Source of the DNA: a virus
Taxonomy: Duplodnaviria > Caudoviricetes
IMG/VR virus record: IMGVR_UViG_3300048599_000747
Location: 1-43,460 of that record
Strand: one strand, 5' to 3'
DNA: 43,460 nucleotides
The notes under the pieces: model-generated
What the model saw: only the letters and a program-made list of their open reading frames with translations
What the model was told of the DNA's origin: nothing
The model's database searches: none
Translations under genes and position numbers: made by a program
Part shown: in pieces, positions 35,623 through 43,460 of the stretch
How positions within the stretch are numbered: position 1 is the first letter of the stretch
Layout: every line of letters begins with the position of its first letter

Positions 35623-35858
35623 GCCCCTGCCTCCTTCTTGATCCATTCCCACTCACCTGGATTTAGAATCCCCTCACGGCAACGGACTGATATGGTTGCC
35701 TTGCCATCGGTATGGATCCTCACGAGATCCAGGTCCATGCGAGGCGGAAGGTGGTGATCGTTGTATCTGCTGGTCGTTCGTACGAATGGGCCGCGCTTGC
35801 GGCCCTCTCGCACCCATCGCTCATAGTCGGGATGAGCTTTCTCAGGCATCTTTGCCAC
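35619..35858 (-). CDS. Hypothetical protein
   Basis: 79 aa, overlapping both neighbours. Confidence 0.5.
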   Translation of the reverse strand: MAKMPEKAHPDYERWVREGRKRGPFVRTTSRYNDHHLPPRMDLDLVRIHTDGKATISVRCREGILNPGEWEWIKKEAGA

Positions 35859-37431
35859 CTGCCTTCTCAGCTCTCAACCGCTCCTTCTGAGCTTTCTTGC
35901 TGAGAAGATCCCAGTCGGAAGCTTTTCGAATCCCGGCAATGTCGATTGCAAGGATTCGAGCGAACGTGAAGAGGGCGATCCCTGGTGAGTCAACATGGCC
36001 GCTGTTGAGCTCGGCTTTGTGTTGGTGGATCTCGTCGCGTGTTGCGGCGATGAACGCTCCACGGATGGCCGATTGTAGGGGTATGCCGATAAGCTTTTCA
36101 GCCTTGATGGTTCGATAGAGCCCGTCGGTATGACCGAGCTCTTCGAGAGCTGCCCCAAAGCCAGGGTGCCTGGAATCCTCGCGGTCCTTCGATTCATAGA
36201 CCTCGCGTTGCTGGGTGGCCAGCTTTGCCGCAAACGTGGCGATAAGGCAGGGAAGGGAGTCGTTGAGCACGCTCACGGTGTGAGGCGTCCATGTTTGCAG
36301 AACGATGTCGATCGCATCAAAAATGCGGCGCCGGGTAAGCATCTCAACCTTGATCAGCCGGGCTTTTTCTCTGTCTTCTGCGCGTTGCTCAGGAGTCTGC
36401 TGAGCCCTTCCACATTCGCTATCGTTACGATCGGTGTAGAAAATCGTCGAATAGGGTTTGTGGCCTTCGACGATCAGACCAAGCTTTGCGCCTTCGGCAT
36501 CTTCACTTGCGAAGCTCCATTTCCCATGAGGAATGGTGCTCTCGCGGCAGTAGTGCCAGTTTTCGCTGAGGATCGCGATTTCTTCGACCCCCGTTTTAGC
36601 CTTGAGATCCTCAACAAGCCGGGATTCATATGCCCCTAGCTTCTCGGCATGACAGCGGCGATCGGTGCATAAACCGCTTTTGTTACCCTTCTCATCAGGA
36701 AAGAGAAGTGGCTGAATCGCCGTGTTCTTAGCGCAGGTGGTGCAGGGGCCAGCCACCGGTAGCAAGTCGGAGTCGGAAGCTTTGAAGGGAAATCCAGACA
36801 CCTTGAGAAGAATGTTGTTCCGGATCCACTCTTCAGCCTTAGAAGGCTTGAATGCTCCGTTGCTAACCTCCCATCTATTGCTCTCCAAAACCTCGTCTTG
36901 ATCTTGTGGTTGAAGGCGGCTAAGGATTTGGGCTGTTCCGAGGCTGATATGGTCCTCATCGAACATCTTTCGTGTCCGTTCTGACAGGCTCAGCAACTTC
37001 ATACGGCCATAAACGTAGGCTTCACTCTTGCCTACCTTCTCAGCGATCGACGCAACATCGTAGATACCGCGGTCGATGAGTTTGGCGTATCCGTCCGCCT
37101 CTTCCAAGGGGTGAACGTCCTCGCGTTGAAGATTTTCGATAACTTGGCACTCGAGCACTTGGTTGTCGTCGAGATCTCGAACGATGCAAGGGACCTCTTC
37201 GAGTCCGGCGAGCTGAGAGGCTCGGAACCGGCGAGATCCCGCAACAATCTCGTGTGTGATGGCTTTCTTCTTGCCCTTACCGGCATGTGGCCTAACGAGG
37301 ATCGGCTGCAAGATGCCTTTCTCTTTGATCGATTGAGAAAGCTCCTGGAGCGCTGTTTCGTTGTACGATCGCCGAGGGTTAGTCGGCGATTCGCATAAAT
37401 TGATGACGGGGATAAATTTGAACTCGCTCAC
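35842..37431 (-). CDS. parB: ParB/RepB/Spo0J-family protein
   Basis: NPRR, GILQPILVR, IVAGSRRFRA and ENLQREDV motifs plus an HTH; extra CxxC...C..RC cluster. Confidence 0.9.
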   Translation of the reverse strand: MSEFKFIPVINLCESPTNPRRSYNETALQELSQSIKEKGILQPILVRPHAGKGKKKAITHEIVAGSRRFRASQLAGLEEVPCIVRDLDDNQVLECQVIENLQREDVHPLEEADGYAKLIDRGIYDVASIAEKVGKSEAYVYGRMKLLSLSERTRKMFDEDHISLGTAQILSRLQPQDQDEVLESNRWEVSNGAFKPSKAEEWIRNNILLKVSGFPFKASDSDLLPVAGPCTTCAKNTAIQPLLFPDEKGNKSGLCTDRRCHAEKLGAYESRLVEDLKAKTGVEEIAILSENWHYCRESTIPHGKWSFASEDAEGAKLGLIVEGHKPYSTIFYTDRNDSECGRAQQTPEQRAEDREKARLIKVEMLTRRRIFDAIDIVLQTWTPHTVSVLNDSLPCLIATFAAKLATQQREVYESKDREDSRHPGFGAALEELGHTDGLYRTIKAEKLIGIPLQSAIRGAFIAATRDEIHQHKAELNSGHVDSPGIALFTFARILAIDIAGIRKASDWDLLSKKAQKERLRAEKAGGKDA

Positions 37432-39083
37432 GATTTGACCTCCTTGATAAACGCGATGAGCTCGGCGCCGGTCTTGAGACCTTTAGCCAGCCCTTCGGTG
37501 AGCTTCTGTTGGATCGACCAACCATGGACCTTGCAGATCGACTCGAACCTGGTCCACTCGCCAGATTTCCAGGCTGCTTTTGATTTGAGTTGAACCATGT
37601 CAACGAACGGGTCGTCGCTACTCGTATTTGGGACCGAGGGCGTCGTGGGCTCCGGAGCAGGTTGGGCAGTCGCAGTCGGGCTCGTGCTGAGCGGCTTCTC
37701 TTGCCCACCGGGAACCGATTCTTGGGGAGATGTCTTCGATGGTTCTGCGTCGGGCGGAGTCGTTGGCATCAGATTTCTGGTCTGCGCCTCTTCCGAAAAA
37801 GGGGTTTCGTCAGCAACCTGAGGCGGAACTCCTTCCAGATAAGCGAGGACTTGCTCCGAGGTTGTACACCCGACCTCCTTCGCCTCAGTAACGAACGCCT
37901 CAAGGGTAATGTCGCGAGATTGACATACGGAAGTGAGATCGCGAGTTTGGCTCTCGGTCATGCCAATCGAATTCAGCCATAGAGGGATGTTAAGCTCAAC
38001 CTTTTCGTTTTTAGCCGACTCAGTTTTGGCTGGTTCGACCTTATCCGTTTGTTTCGGTTGAGATTGCTTCGGAGCAGCTTGCACTGAAGTAGGATCAGAT
38101 TGCATCCGACAGATGGCAACCGGATCGATAGACACCTTCGCACATACATACCGTATCAGCCGATCAGCGTCGGTTGCACCATAGCGCTCAGCTTCGATCA
38201 CGAGGGTAACCCAGTCTTCGCCGGCATTTTTGCAGGACGAGATGAGGGATCGGGTGACAACCTCTCGAATGGATCTCTTGCTCAGGATCGACCGGACCTG
38301 GTCCTTGCGGGCGGCGTCAGATTCCTCCGAAGCCTTCTTGAACTCATCGGGGTCACTGGTTGCCAAGAGATTCCAAGCAGCTCCAGCTTCTATCTCTCCA
38401 GACCCAAGCCAGTTCAGTAGTTCCCGGCCAATGCCTTCATCAATGATGAATGTCCGCCCATCGAACAAGCCGGTTCGGTCTTTCTCAACCTTCGCAAGGT
38501 GGGTGTCTTTGTCGAGCTTCCAAACGGTCGTGAACTCATATTCTGATCCTTCTTCGGCAACCGCCTTCATGCCGAGTTTCTTAACTTCGGACTTCTTGTT
38601 CCGACCGTCATCGGAACTCTCGATCGCATATTCGGCCTTCTCGCGAAAGGTAACCACCATGTGAACGGGGCTCTGTAGGATCGCGTCTTTGAGCGTGGCC
38701 CACAATGGCTTTGCCTTGGCCCAGTTAGACCACTGAGCTCCTCGACCGCCAGCGGTGTCGAGCTGATCCTTGTAGTCAAGAATGTATTGCCATGCGTGGC
38801 TGAGCGAGTCGATGACGATTGCACCGGCTCCCATATCGACCGCTTCCCGAATCTGGCTAATGTATTTGTCAGGTTTGAACGGAGGAGTGATAGGCCCGTG
38901 CTCGAAGTCGAGATGATCATACATCGCGGCCGATTCATTTTCGGTGTCGATCACGCAGACGGGTTTTCCATTGGCTAGCCCATGCGCGAGCTTGATCGCG
39001 CTCATGGTCTTGCCAGAAAAAGAAACACCCTGAAGTGCGATTTTCAGGGGAACAGCTTTACGGGCTGCTTTTTTGAATGCCAT
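37428..39083 (-). CDS. Sak4-like AAA ATPase with an extended repeat-containing C-terminus
   Basis: MAFKKAAR start with GGAGG; GVSFSGKT, IDTEN, IDSLSHAW, EYEFT and KDRTGLF motifs. Confidence 0.82.
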   Translation of the reverse strand: MAFKKAARKAVPLKIALQGVSFSGKTMSAIKLAHGLANGKPVCVIDTENESAAMYDHLDFEHGPITPPFKPDKYISQIREAVDMGAGAIVIDSLSHAWQYILDYKDQLDTAGGRGAQWSNWAKAKPLWATLKDAILQSPVHMVVTFREKAEYAIESSDDGRNKKSEVKKLGMKAVAEEGSEYEFTTVWKLDKDTHLAKVEKDRTGLFDGRTFIIDEGIGRELLNWLGSGEIEAGAAWNLLATSDPDEFKKASEESDAARKDQVRSILSKRSIREVVTRSLISSCKNAGEDWVTLVIEAERYGATDADRLIRYVCAKVSIDPVAICRMQSDPTSVQAAPKQSQPKQTDKVEPAKTESAKNEKVELNIPLWLNSIGMTESQTRDLTSVCQSRDITLEAFVTEAKEVGCTTSEQVLAYLEGVPPQVADETPFSEEAQTRNLMPTTPPDAEPSKTSPQESVPGGQEKPLSTSPTATAQPAPEPTTPSVPNTSSDDPFVDMVQLKSKAAWKSGEWTRFESICKVHGWSIQQKLTEGLAKGLKTGAELIAFIKEVKS

Positions 39084-39087
39084 GGGA

Positions 39088-39414
39088 TCAGACCTCCTTG
39101 GTCTCAGGTTGCGCACCTGCTTGCGCCGAGGAGCCGTCTGTGCTATCATTGGGGATAGTTGTTGGTTCCGGTCTCTCGGAATCAGTCGTGACGCCCTCGC
39201 AGGTTGCAGCCTCGGGGGCATTTTCTTTTTTAACAGCCTCACATCGCGCGATCTGTCGAATCGTGTCGATCAAAAGCTCAGGGAAGAGCAATTCCTTTAT
39301 GCGCTTAGCAGTCCATTTCTCATCAAAGTAAAGCTTTCGAATCTTCTCACGATCTTCATCGCTTTTGAGGCGTGGCCTACCGCCATTTTTACGGGTTTTT
39401 TGTGTAGCGTTCAT
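39088..39414 (-). CDS. Cro-position HTH protein
   Basis: First gene divergent from the repressor; GGRPR followed by IRKLYFDEKWTAKRI, HTH-like. Confidence 0.55.
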   Translation of the reverse strand: MNATQKTRKNGGRPRLKSDEDREKIRKLYFDEKWTAKRIKELLFPELLIDTIRQIARCEAVKKENAPEAATCEGVTTDSERPEPTTIPNDSTDGSSAQAGAQPETKEV

Positions 39415-39425
39415 GTGAGTGACTT

Positions 39426-39480
39426 CATCATACACCAGAATGGCTTATTATGAAGCAGGTATTTCTTCTTTTTTCGCGCA
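39426..39480 (-). promoter_or_regulatory. Leftward early promoter/operator block
   Basis: TTCATA-16 nt-TATGAT; inverted copy of 40313-40367 (46/55 identical). Confidence 0.75.
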
Positions 39481-39492
39481 ATGATTTGTTTC

Positions 39493-40212
39493 ATGTTGAG
39501 CAAAGGATCAAAAGTTAGGAGGGCTAGGGAATCTCAATCACCCCCATGGTCGCAATATGACCTTGAGGAGAAATCTGGCGTCAGCAGAAGCAAGATTTCC
39601 CAGTGGGAGATTGATCGAACTGAGCCTAAGGAATCCGACCTACGTAAGGTTGCCAAGGCCCTTGGCATTGCTGAAGAGTGGTTCTATGACGGGCTAGACA
39701 ATGCCGTCCCTCTTCCTAGTGAGTCAAAGAAGCAGCCCGAACCCTTATTGAGTGATCCCATGGGAGTCTTTTCTTATGGTTATCGGAACTTGCGATATGC
39801 AGGGGTGGTGCCTTGTGGAGAATGGGGCGATCCGCTAGACTCTGAAGAAATGATTCCAATTAGCGCCGAGCTTGAGCATCCGAAGCGTTATGCTGCGACG
39901 GTTGCAGGAGATTCGTGCTACCCTGCTCTGCGGCAGGGAGACCTCACAATATGGCATTACGACCTTGCTCCCGCTTCGGGGCTTATCGTGCTTGCGCAGA
40001 GGAAAGGCGATCATGGCTGCACGGTTAAGCAGTTGAGAATCAATGATTTGGGTGAGCCGCACCTGGTGCCGATCAACCCAAAATATGAGGAGCCAACAAA
40101 TGGCGATGGGTGGGGCACAATTGCTCGATTGGTTGCTGTGATTCGCGACGATGGGCGCATCAAGCACTACTTCATTCAATTGTCAGGCCTTAAGCCCGAA
40201 GATTTGACGTAG
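39493..40212 (+). CDS. CI-like repressor (XRE HTH plus S24 peptidase)
   Basis: SQYDLEEKSGVSRSKISQWEIDRTEP HTH, VPCG cleavage-site region, GDSC serine and TVKQL lysine. Start is 39493 or 39481. Confidence 0.93.
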   Translation: MLSKGSKVRRARESQSPPWSQYDLEEKSGVSRSKISQWEIDRTEPKESDLRKVAKALGIAEEWFYDGLDNAVPLPSESKKQPEPLLSDPMGVFSYGYRNLRYAGVVPCGEWGDPLDSEEMIPISAELEHPKRYAATVAGDSCYPALRQGDLTIWHYDLAPASGLIVLAQRKGDHGCTVKQLRINDLGEPHLVPINPKYEEPTNGDGWGTIARLVAVIRDDGRIKHYFIQLSGLKPEDLT

Positions 40213-40242
40213 AACTGAAAACACCTCAGGTTTCTATTACCA

Positions 40243-40274
40243 GCCCCGGCCGCCCTCGCCGGGGTTTTCTTTTT
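40243..40274 (+). terminator. Rho-independent terminator of the repressor gene
   Basis: GCCCCGGC-cgccctc-GCCGGGGT followed by TTTCTTTTT. Confidence 0.85.
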
Positions 40275-40312
40275 GTCTCTCGGTGGGTCCTAGTCGGTCC
40301 TTTTACACAATA

Positions 40313-40367
40313 TGCACGAATAAAGAAGAAAAACATGCTTCATATAACGCCAATTTGGTGTATGATG
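40313..40367 (+). promoter_or_regulatory. Rightward early promoter/operator block
   Basis: TTCATA-16 nt-TATGAT; inverted copy of 39426-39480. Confidence 0.75.
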
Positions 40368-40405
40368 TTTTCAACGGTTCCTGCAAGAGCCCGAGGAAAA
40401 CAACT

Positions 40406-40756
40406 ATGTCACGACGTAAGCAACCACCAGAAAGGGAACTGGCCAAGAAAGCGGTTCGCCTTTTCGACATCTCACGCAAGATAGCAAAAGAGGTTCCTGA
40501 AGGCAATCTCATCCTAGCCGAGTGGACCTGCACCTGGTCACCAGAGTCAACCACCCGGGCTAAGCTCATCCTCTCATACACGCGGCAGCTCACCCAAGCG
40601 GAGCAGTTCCATGTTGCCGGCGCGTTCGAGTCCTTTGCCCCGAAAGCCGAATGGACCTACGGCCATAACTCGAAGCTCGTCTTTTCGATCCAGGTAGCCC
40701 CTGAATATCCAAAGCCGATCTTCGCTCCGGACGGCCGAATGGTCGTGGTGAGCTGA
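40406..40756 (+). CDS. Hypothetical early protein
   Basis: Start re-called to the ATG at 40406 after GAGG. Confidence 0.65.
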   Translation: MSRRKQPPERELAKKAVRLFDISRKIAKEVPEGNLILAEWTCTWSPESTTRAKLILSYTRQLTQAEQFHVAGAFESFAPKAEWTYGHNSKLVFSIQVAPEYPKPIFAPDGRMVVVS

Positions 40757-41130
40757 TGGCGAAGGCACCCTACAAAACCAATGACCGAGTCATCTACCGC
40801 GGCTATCGAAAGGGAACGATCAGGCTAGCCGTTGAGGACTTCGCCTTCGTGCAACTCGACGGAACTCCACGTGGAGTTAAGCACACAAAAGCCACCTACG
40901 ACGAGCTCACCGCTTCCACATCCCCCGACCGACCGCGAGATACATATACGTTCTATGCCGGCTATTGCGAAGGGGTTCACGACCAGTCTGAGGGGACCCA
41001 CTATTGCCAAACCCTGACCGGAAACGATTGGTCGATTGGCTACCGCAAAGGATGGGACGACTCTAAAGCCGATACGGTGCGAGGAGTTGGAGATGAAGCC
41101 TTCATCGAATGTGGAGGCAAGGTCTCATGA
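40756..41130 (+). CDS. Hypothetical protein (SH3-like N-terminus, YxxGYxxG C-terminus)
   Basis: TGATG-coupled to the upstream gene. Confidence 0.65.
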   Translation: MAKAPYKTNDRVIYRGYRKGTIRLAVEDFAFVQLDGTPRGVKHTKATYDELTASTSPDRPRDTYTFYAGYCEGVHDQSEGTHYCQTLTGNDWSIGYRKGWDDSKADTVRGVGDEAFIECGGKVS

Positions 41131-41261
41131 GTGGGCGGGTGAAGACCATTCTCGGAGTCCTTTTCATCGTCATCGCCTTTGCGATCGCCGGCGGCCAGGA
41201 CCGAGCCAATTGGGCCGACAACCCCACGGTAACCCAGTCCATGGCGGAGGATGCCCGATGA
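41127..41261 (+). CDS. 44-aa membrane peptide absent from the ORF track
   Basis: MSGRVKTILGVLFIVIAFAIAGGQDRANWADNPTVTQSMAEDAR; GGAGG RBS and ATGA overlaps at both ends. Confidence 0.65.
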   Translation: MSGRVKTILGVLFIVIAFAIAGGQDRANWADNPTVTQSMAEDAR

Positions 41262-41512
41262 TGGCTCACTTTGATGAGCGAGAGCTTAACCGCCTTCGTG
41301 ACCGTTGGCGCTCACTCAGAAGCAAACGCGATCGTGATCGATTGACCTCCATCATTTGCGCGATCATCTACGCCTTACTCATCGCTGCCGCAGTCATCGC
41401 GACAGCGCTTACCCAAGCGCACCCGGTACCCCCTGCCGGGGCAGTATCCCTCAAGCCCGGTTCGACCTTTGTTCACCTTTCAGTCGTCCGGGCTCCGATT
41501 CTAATCCCCTAG
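41258..41512 (+). CDS. Small membrane protein
   Basis: GGAGG RBS; basic N-terminus followed by a TM helix. Confidence 0.6.
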   Translation: MMAHFDERELNRLRDRWRSLRSKRDRDRLTSIICAIIYALLIAAAVIATALTQAHPVPPAGAVSLKPGSTFVHLSVVRAPILIP

Positions 41513-41520
41513 GAGGATCC

Positions 41521-42216
41521 ATGTTAAACGAAAACCTTAAAGCCGCAGCCGAACAAGCTGTGCAAACTACTGAAACTGTTCAACCCATCGAAATCGATGG
41601 CACGCTCTACGATCCCGAAACGGGAGAGCAGCTTGACGACAATGGCGTATCGACGGGCAAGAAGCCGTTCTCGATCACCGACAAAGACTCCCTAGCTTAT
41701 TGCCTTCGCAAACTCCGCGAGTCTGAAGCAACCATTATAGTTACTAATTCGGCTCGTCAGGTCCGTGTCAAAGAGCTTGAATCGCTCATCGAGGGCATTC
41801 CGGATGTTCAAGCCATTCGATTGCAGATTCTGGCGATCGACGAATCTTGCGACATGATCACGAAGCCCGCAGAACGCAAGAAGTCGTTCTTCAACGCGTT
41901 GATCGAAGGCGAAGGTGTTCCGCTCGTTAAAACGTGGCTGGAAGGAGTCAAGGAGCGAACATGGCATTGCCTTGACGGGTCAATCGGGTTCCGAAAGACT
42001 TCAGGAACCCTTAAGGTAAAGAGCTCGGAAAAAGCCGTGGACATCGCCTCAGTTGTGTGTCCCGAGGCCATTGTCGAATCGGTATCAGTTACAGCCGTGA
42101 AGAAAGCGCTATTCGAATACATCCTTCGTTGCGACGGATGCACGCTCACCAACATAGCAGAAGCTTTCGATTACGAGCTTCCCACTGATAAGGCGACGAT
42201 CAAGACCGGCGTCTGA
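41521..42216 (+). CDS. Mu Gam-like host-nuclease inhibitor / DNA end-binding protein
   Basis: FSITDKDSLAYCLRKL, a coiled coil, and KERTWHCLDGSIGFRK. AGGAGG precedes the ATG at 41521. Confidence 0.72.
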   Translation: MLNENLKAAAEQAVQTTETVQPIEIDGTLYDPETGEQLDDNGVSTGKKPFSITDKDSLAYCLRKLRESEATIIVTNSARQVRVKELESLIEGIPDVQAIRLQILAIDESCDMITKPAERKKSFFNALIEGEGVPLVKTWLEGVKERTWHCLDGSIGFRKTSGTLKVKSSEKAVDIASVVCPEAIVESVSVTAVKKALFEYILRCDGCTLTNIAEAFDYELPTDKATIKTGV

Positions 42217-42288
42217 CGAATACCCCTAAAGCGCGCGGTTGCCGGTCCGCGTCACCAAAACCGGCAGAAGACACTCAGGAGGTTATGA

Positions 42289-43245
42289 ATGGCGAACGTT
42301 TTCAGCAATGCACCAGAAGTCGCGGGAATAGCGCGAAGACTGATAGGCCTACACCATACGCATCTAAAGAACATTCGAATCGATTATGTCTTTCGGTCGG
42401 AATCATCAAGCGACGGTGGCAAGGTCGTTTGGGCCTCCGCTCGAAAGATCACCGGTCTTAATGCTTTCCTTGCCACAGAATCGGATGAAAGCTTTGAGTT
42501 ACAAGGCGACCCTGATACCGATCAGTTCTTTTGCATTGAGGTGTGGGAGGATGTTTGGGATCGCTTGAAGGACGAACAGAAGGAAGCTCTTGTAGATCAC
42601 GAGCTTTGTCACTGCTGGGCTGAGGAAGCCTGCAACGCAGAGGGCGATTCGATACTCAAACTCAAGATTCTTCCTCATGACGTGGAGGAGTTCGCGAGTG
42701 TCATCCAGCGTCACGGCCTTTGGAAAGATGATGTCAAAGTGTTCGTCGAAGTCGGCAAGAAAGCGATGGTTGACGACGTCATGCGCAAGGGGCAGGAGCT
42801 GTTCGATGACTACGATCGACATGATGAAATGAAGATATTTAGCGAGGAAGTCGATCTCATGGTCGACGGCATTCCCATGAAGATCATCGTTAGCTTGGTG
42901 GACGAAGGATTCCTACTCAAAGCCATCAGGAAAGACGATGGCCAGGTGTTCCTCGAAACCACCTTCGTTAATCGAGAAGAAGTTCTGGACTGGATCAAGG
43001 ACTGCAAGGTAGCAGGGGAATCACCTGACACTGCAAAGAGATCGAAGCGGTCAAAAGTGAAGAAAGCTGAGGTGGCAGCATTCGCGGTCGTTGAAGGCGG
43101 TCCTGCCCCTATCGAAATTGATGCTTCGATCCCGACCAAACGCAAATGCCTTTCTTGTAACGGATCGGGAGAAAACTCGTTTGGTGAGCCAGATGCACCT
43201 TGTGGCATGTGCGACGGGACCGGAGAAATTGAGGTGTCCGAATGA
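42289..43245 (+). CDS. Putative phage metallopeptidase with a C-terminal CxxCxGxG zinc finger
   Basis: LVDHELCH and PHDVEEF motifs; CLSCNGSG...CGMCDGTG. Confidence 0.82.
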   Translation: MANVFSNAPEVAGIARRLIGLHHTHLKNIRIDYVFRSESSSDGGKVVWASARKITGLNAFLATESDESFELQGDPDTDQFFCIEVWEDVWDRLKDEQKEALVDHELCHCWAEEACNAEGDSILKLKILPHDVEEFASVIQRHGLWKDDVKVFVEVGKKAMVDDVMRKGQELFDDYDRHDEMKIFSEEVDLMVDGIPMKIIVSLVDEGFLLKAIRKDDGQVFLETTFVNREEVLDWIKDCKVAGESPDTAKRSKRSKVKKAEVAAFAVVEGGPAPIEIDASIPTKRKCLSCNGSGENSFGEPDAPCGMCDGTGEIEVSE

Positions 43246-43460
43246 AGGACTCCTACTACGTGGTCTTTAACGAAGAACGGATCGACCGGTTTTTGCGGTC
43301 GGACAAGTTCACTCTGAATAGCGGTGAATATGCGGTTCGAATGGAATTTGAGGTTCCGCAAGAGGTCTTCGCACCTGTCCACATTCCCACGACGAAGGTG
43401 GTCATTCCAGCCGATGCAGTTCGAAGAACGATTGACATCGAAGTGCAGGTGTCCGAATGA
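43242..43460 (+). CDS. Hypothetical protein
   Basis: 72 aa, ATGA-coupled. Confidence 0.6.
   Translation: MKDSYYVVFNEERIDRFLRSDKFTLNSGEYAVRMEFEVPQEVFAPVHIPTTKVVIPADAVRRTIDIEVQVSE

Noticed and set aside
35842-39083. ParA-ParB plasmid-prophage partition system
   Set aside because: The ATPase has Sak4/AAA_24-type motifs rather than the ParA KGGxGK motif, and no parS array was seen.

Overview
The whole window is most of a temperate tailed-phage or prophage genome (about 55% GC by eye). The host cannot be determined from sequence alone, and no integrase, transposase or att site is visible. A CI-like XRE/S24 repressor (39.5-40.2 kb) is flanked by two inverted, near-identical 55-bp promoter/operator blocks. 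Rightward early genes include a Mu Gam-like protein and a phage metallopeptidase. Leftward early genes are a Cro-like protein, Sak4-like ATPase, ParB, HsdM-like protein, mini PolX, RusA and a replication initiator with internal iterons. A long leftward late region follows with a Mu-like head, a siphovirus-type tail, a glycosyltransferase/radical-SAM cassette, and terL stranded about 30 kb from terS. The top finding is a compact counter-defence cluster at the start of the late region. A Mom-family adenine-modification gene carries, in frame within its 3' end, a complete CCA-ending non-canonical tRNA-Gly(CCC) (31539-31614). This RNA keeps the GlyRS identity elements but has an A8/U14 swap and a bulged T-stem, making it a candidate dedicated glycyl donor for DNA hypermodification. 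Just after terS lies a solitary type I-C-like CRISPR repeat (30984-31020), a candidate RNA anti-CRISPR. Other highlights are a portal fused to an LPD3-like domain facing a structured ncRNA candidate, a displaced -1 frameshift chaperone pair, and leaderless morons. All family calls come from motif recognition by eye, not database searches.
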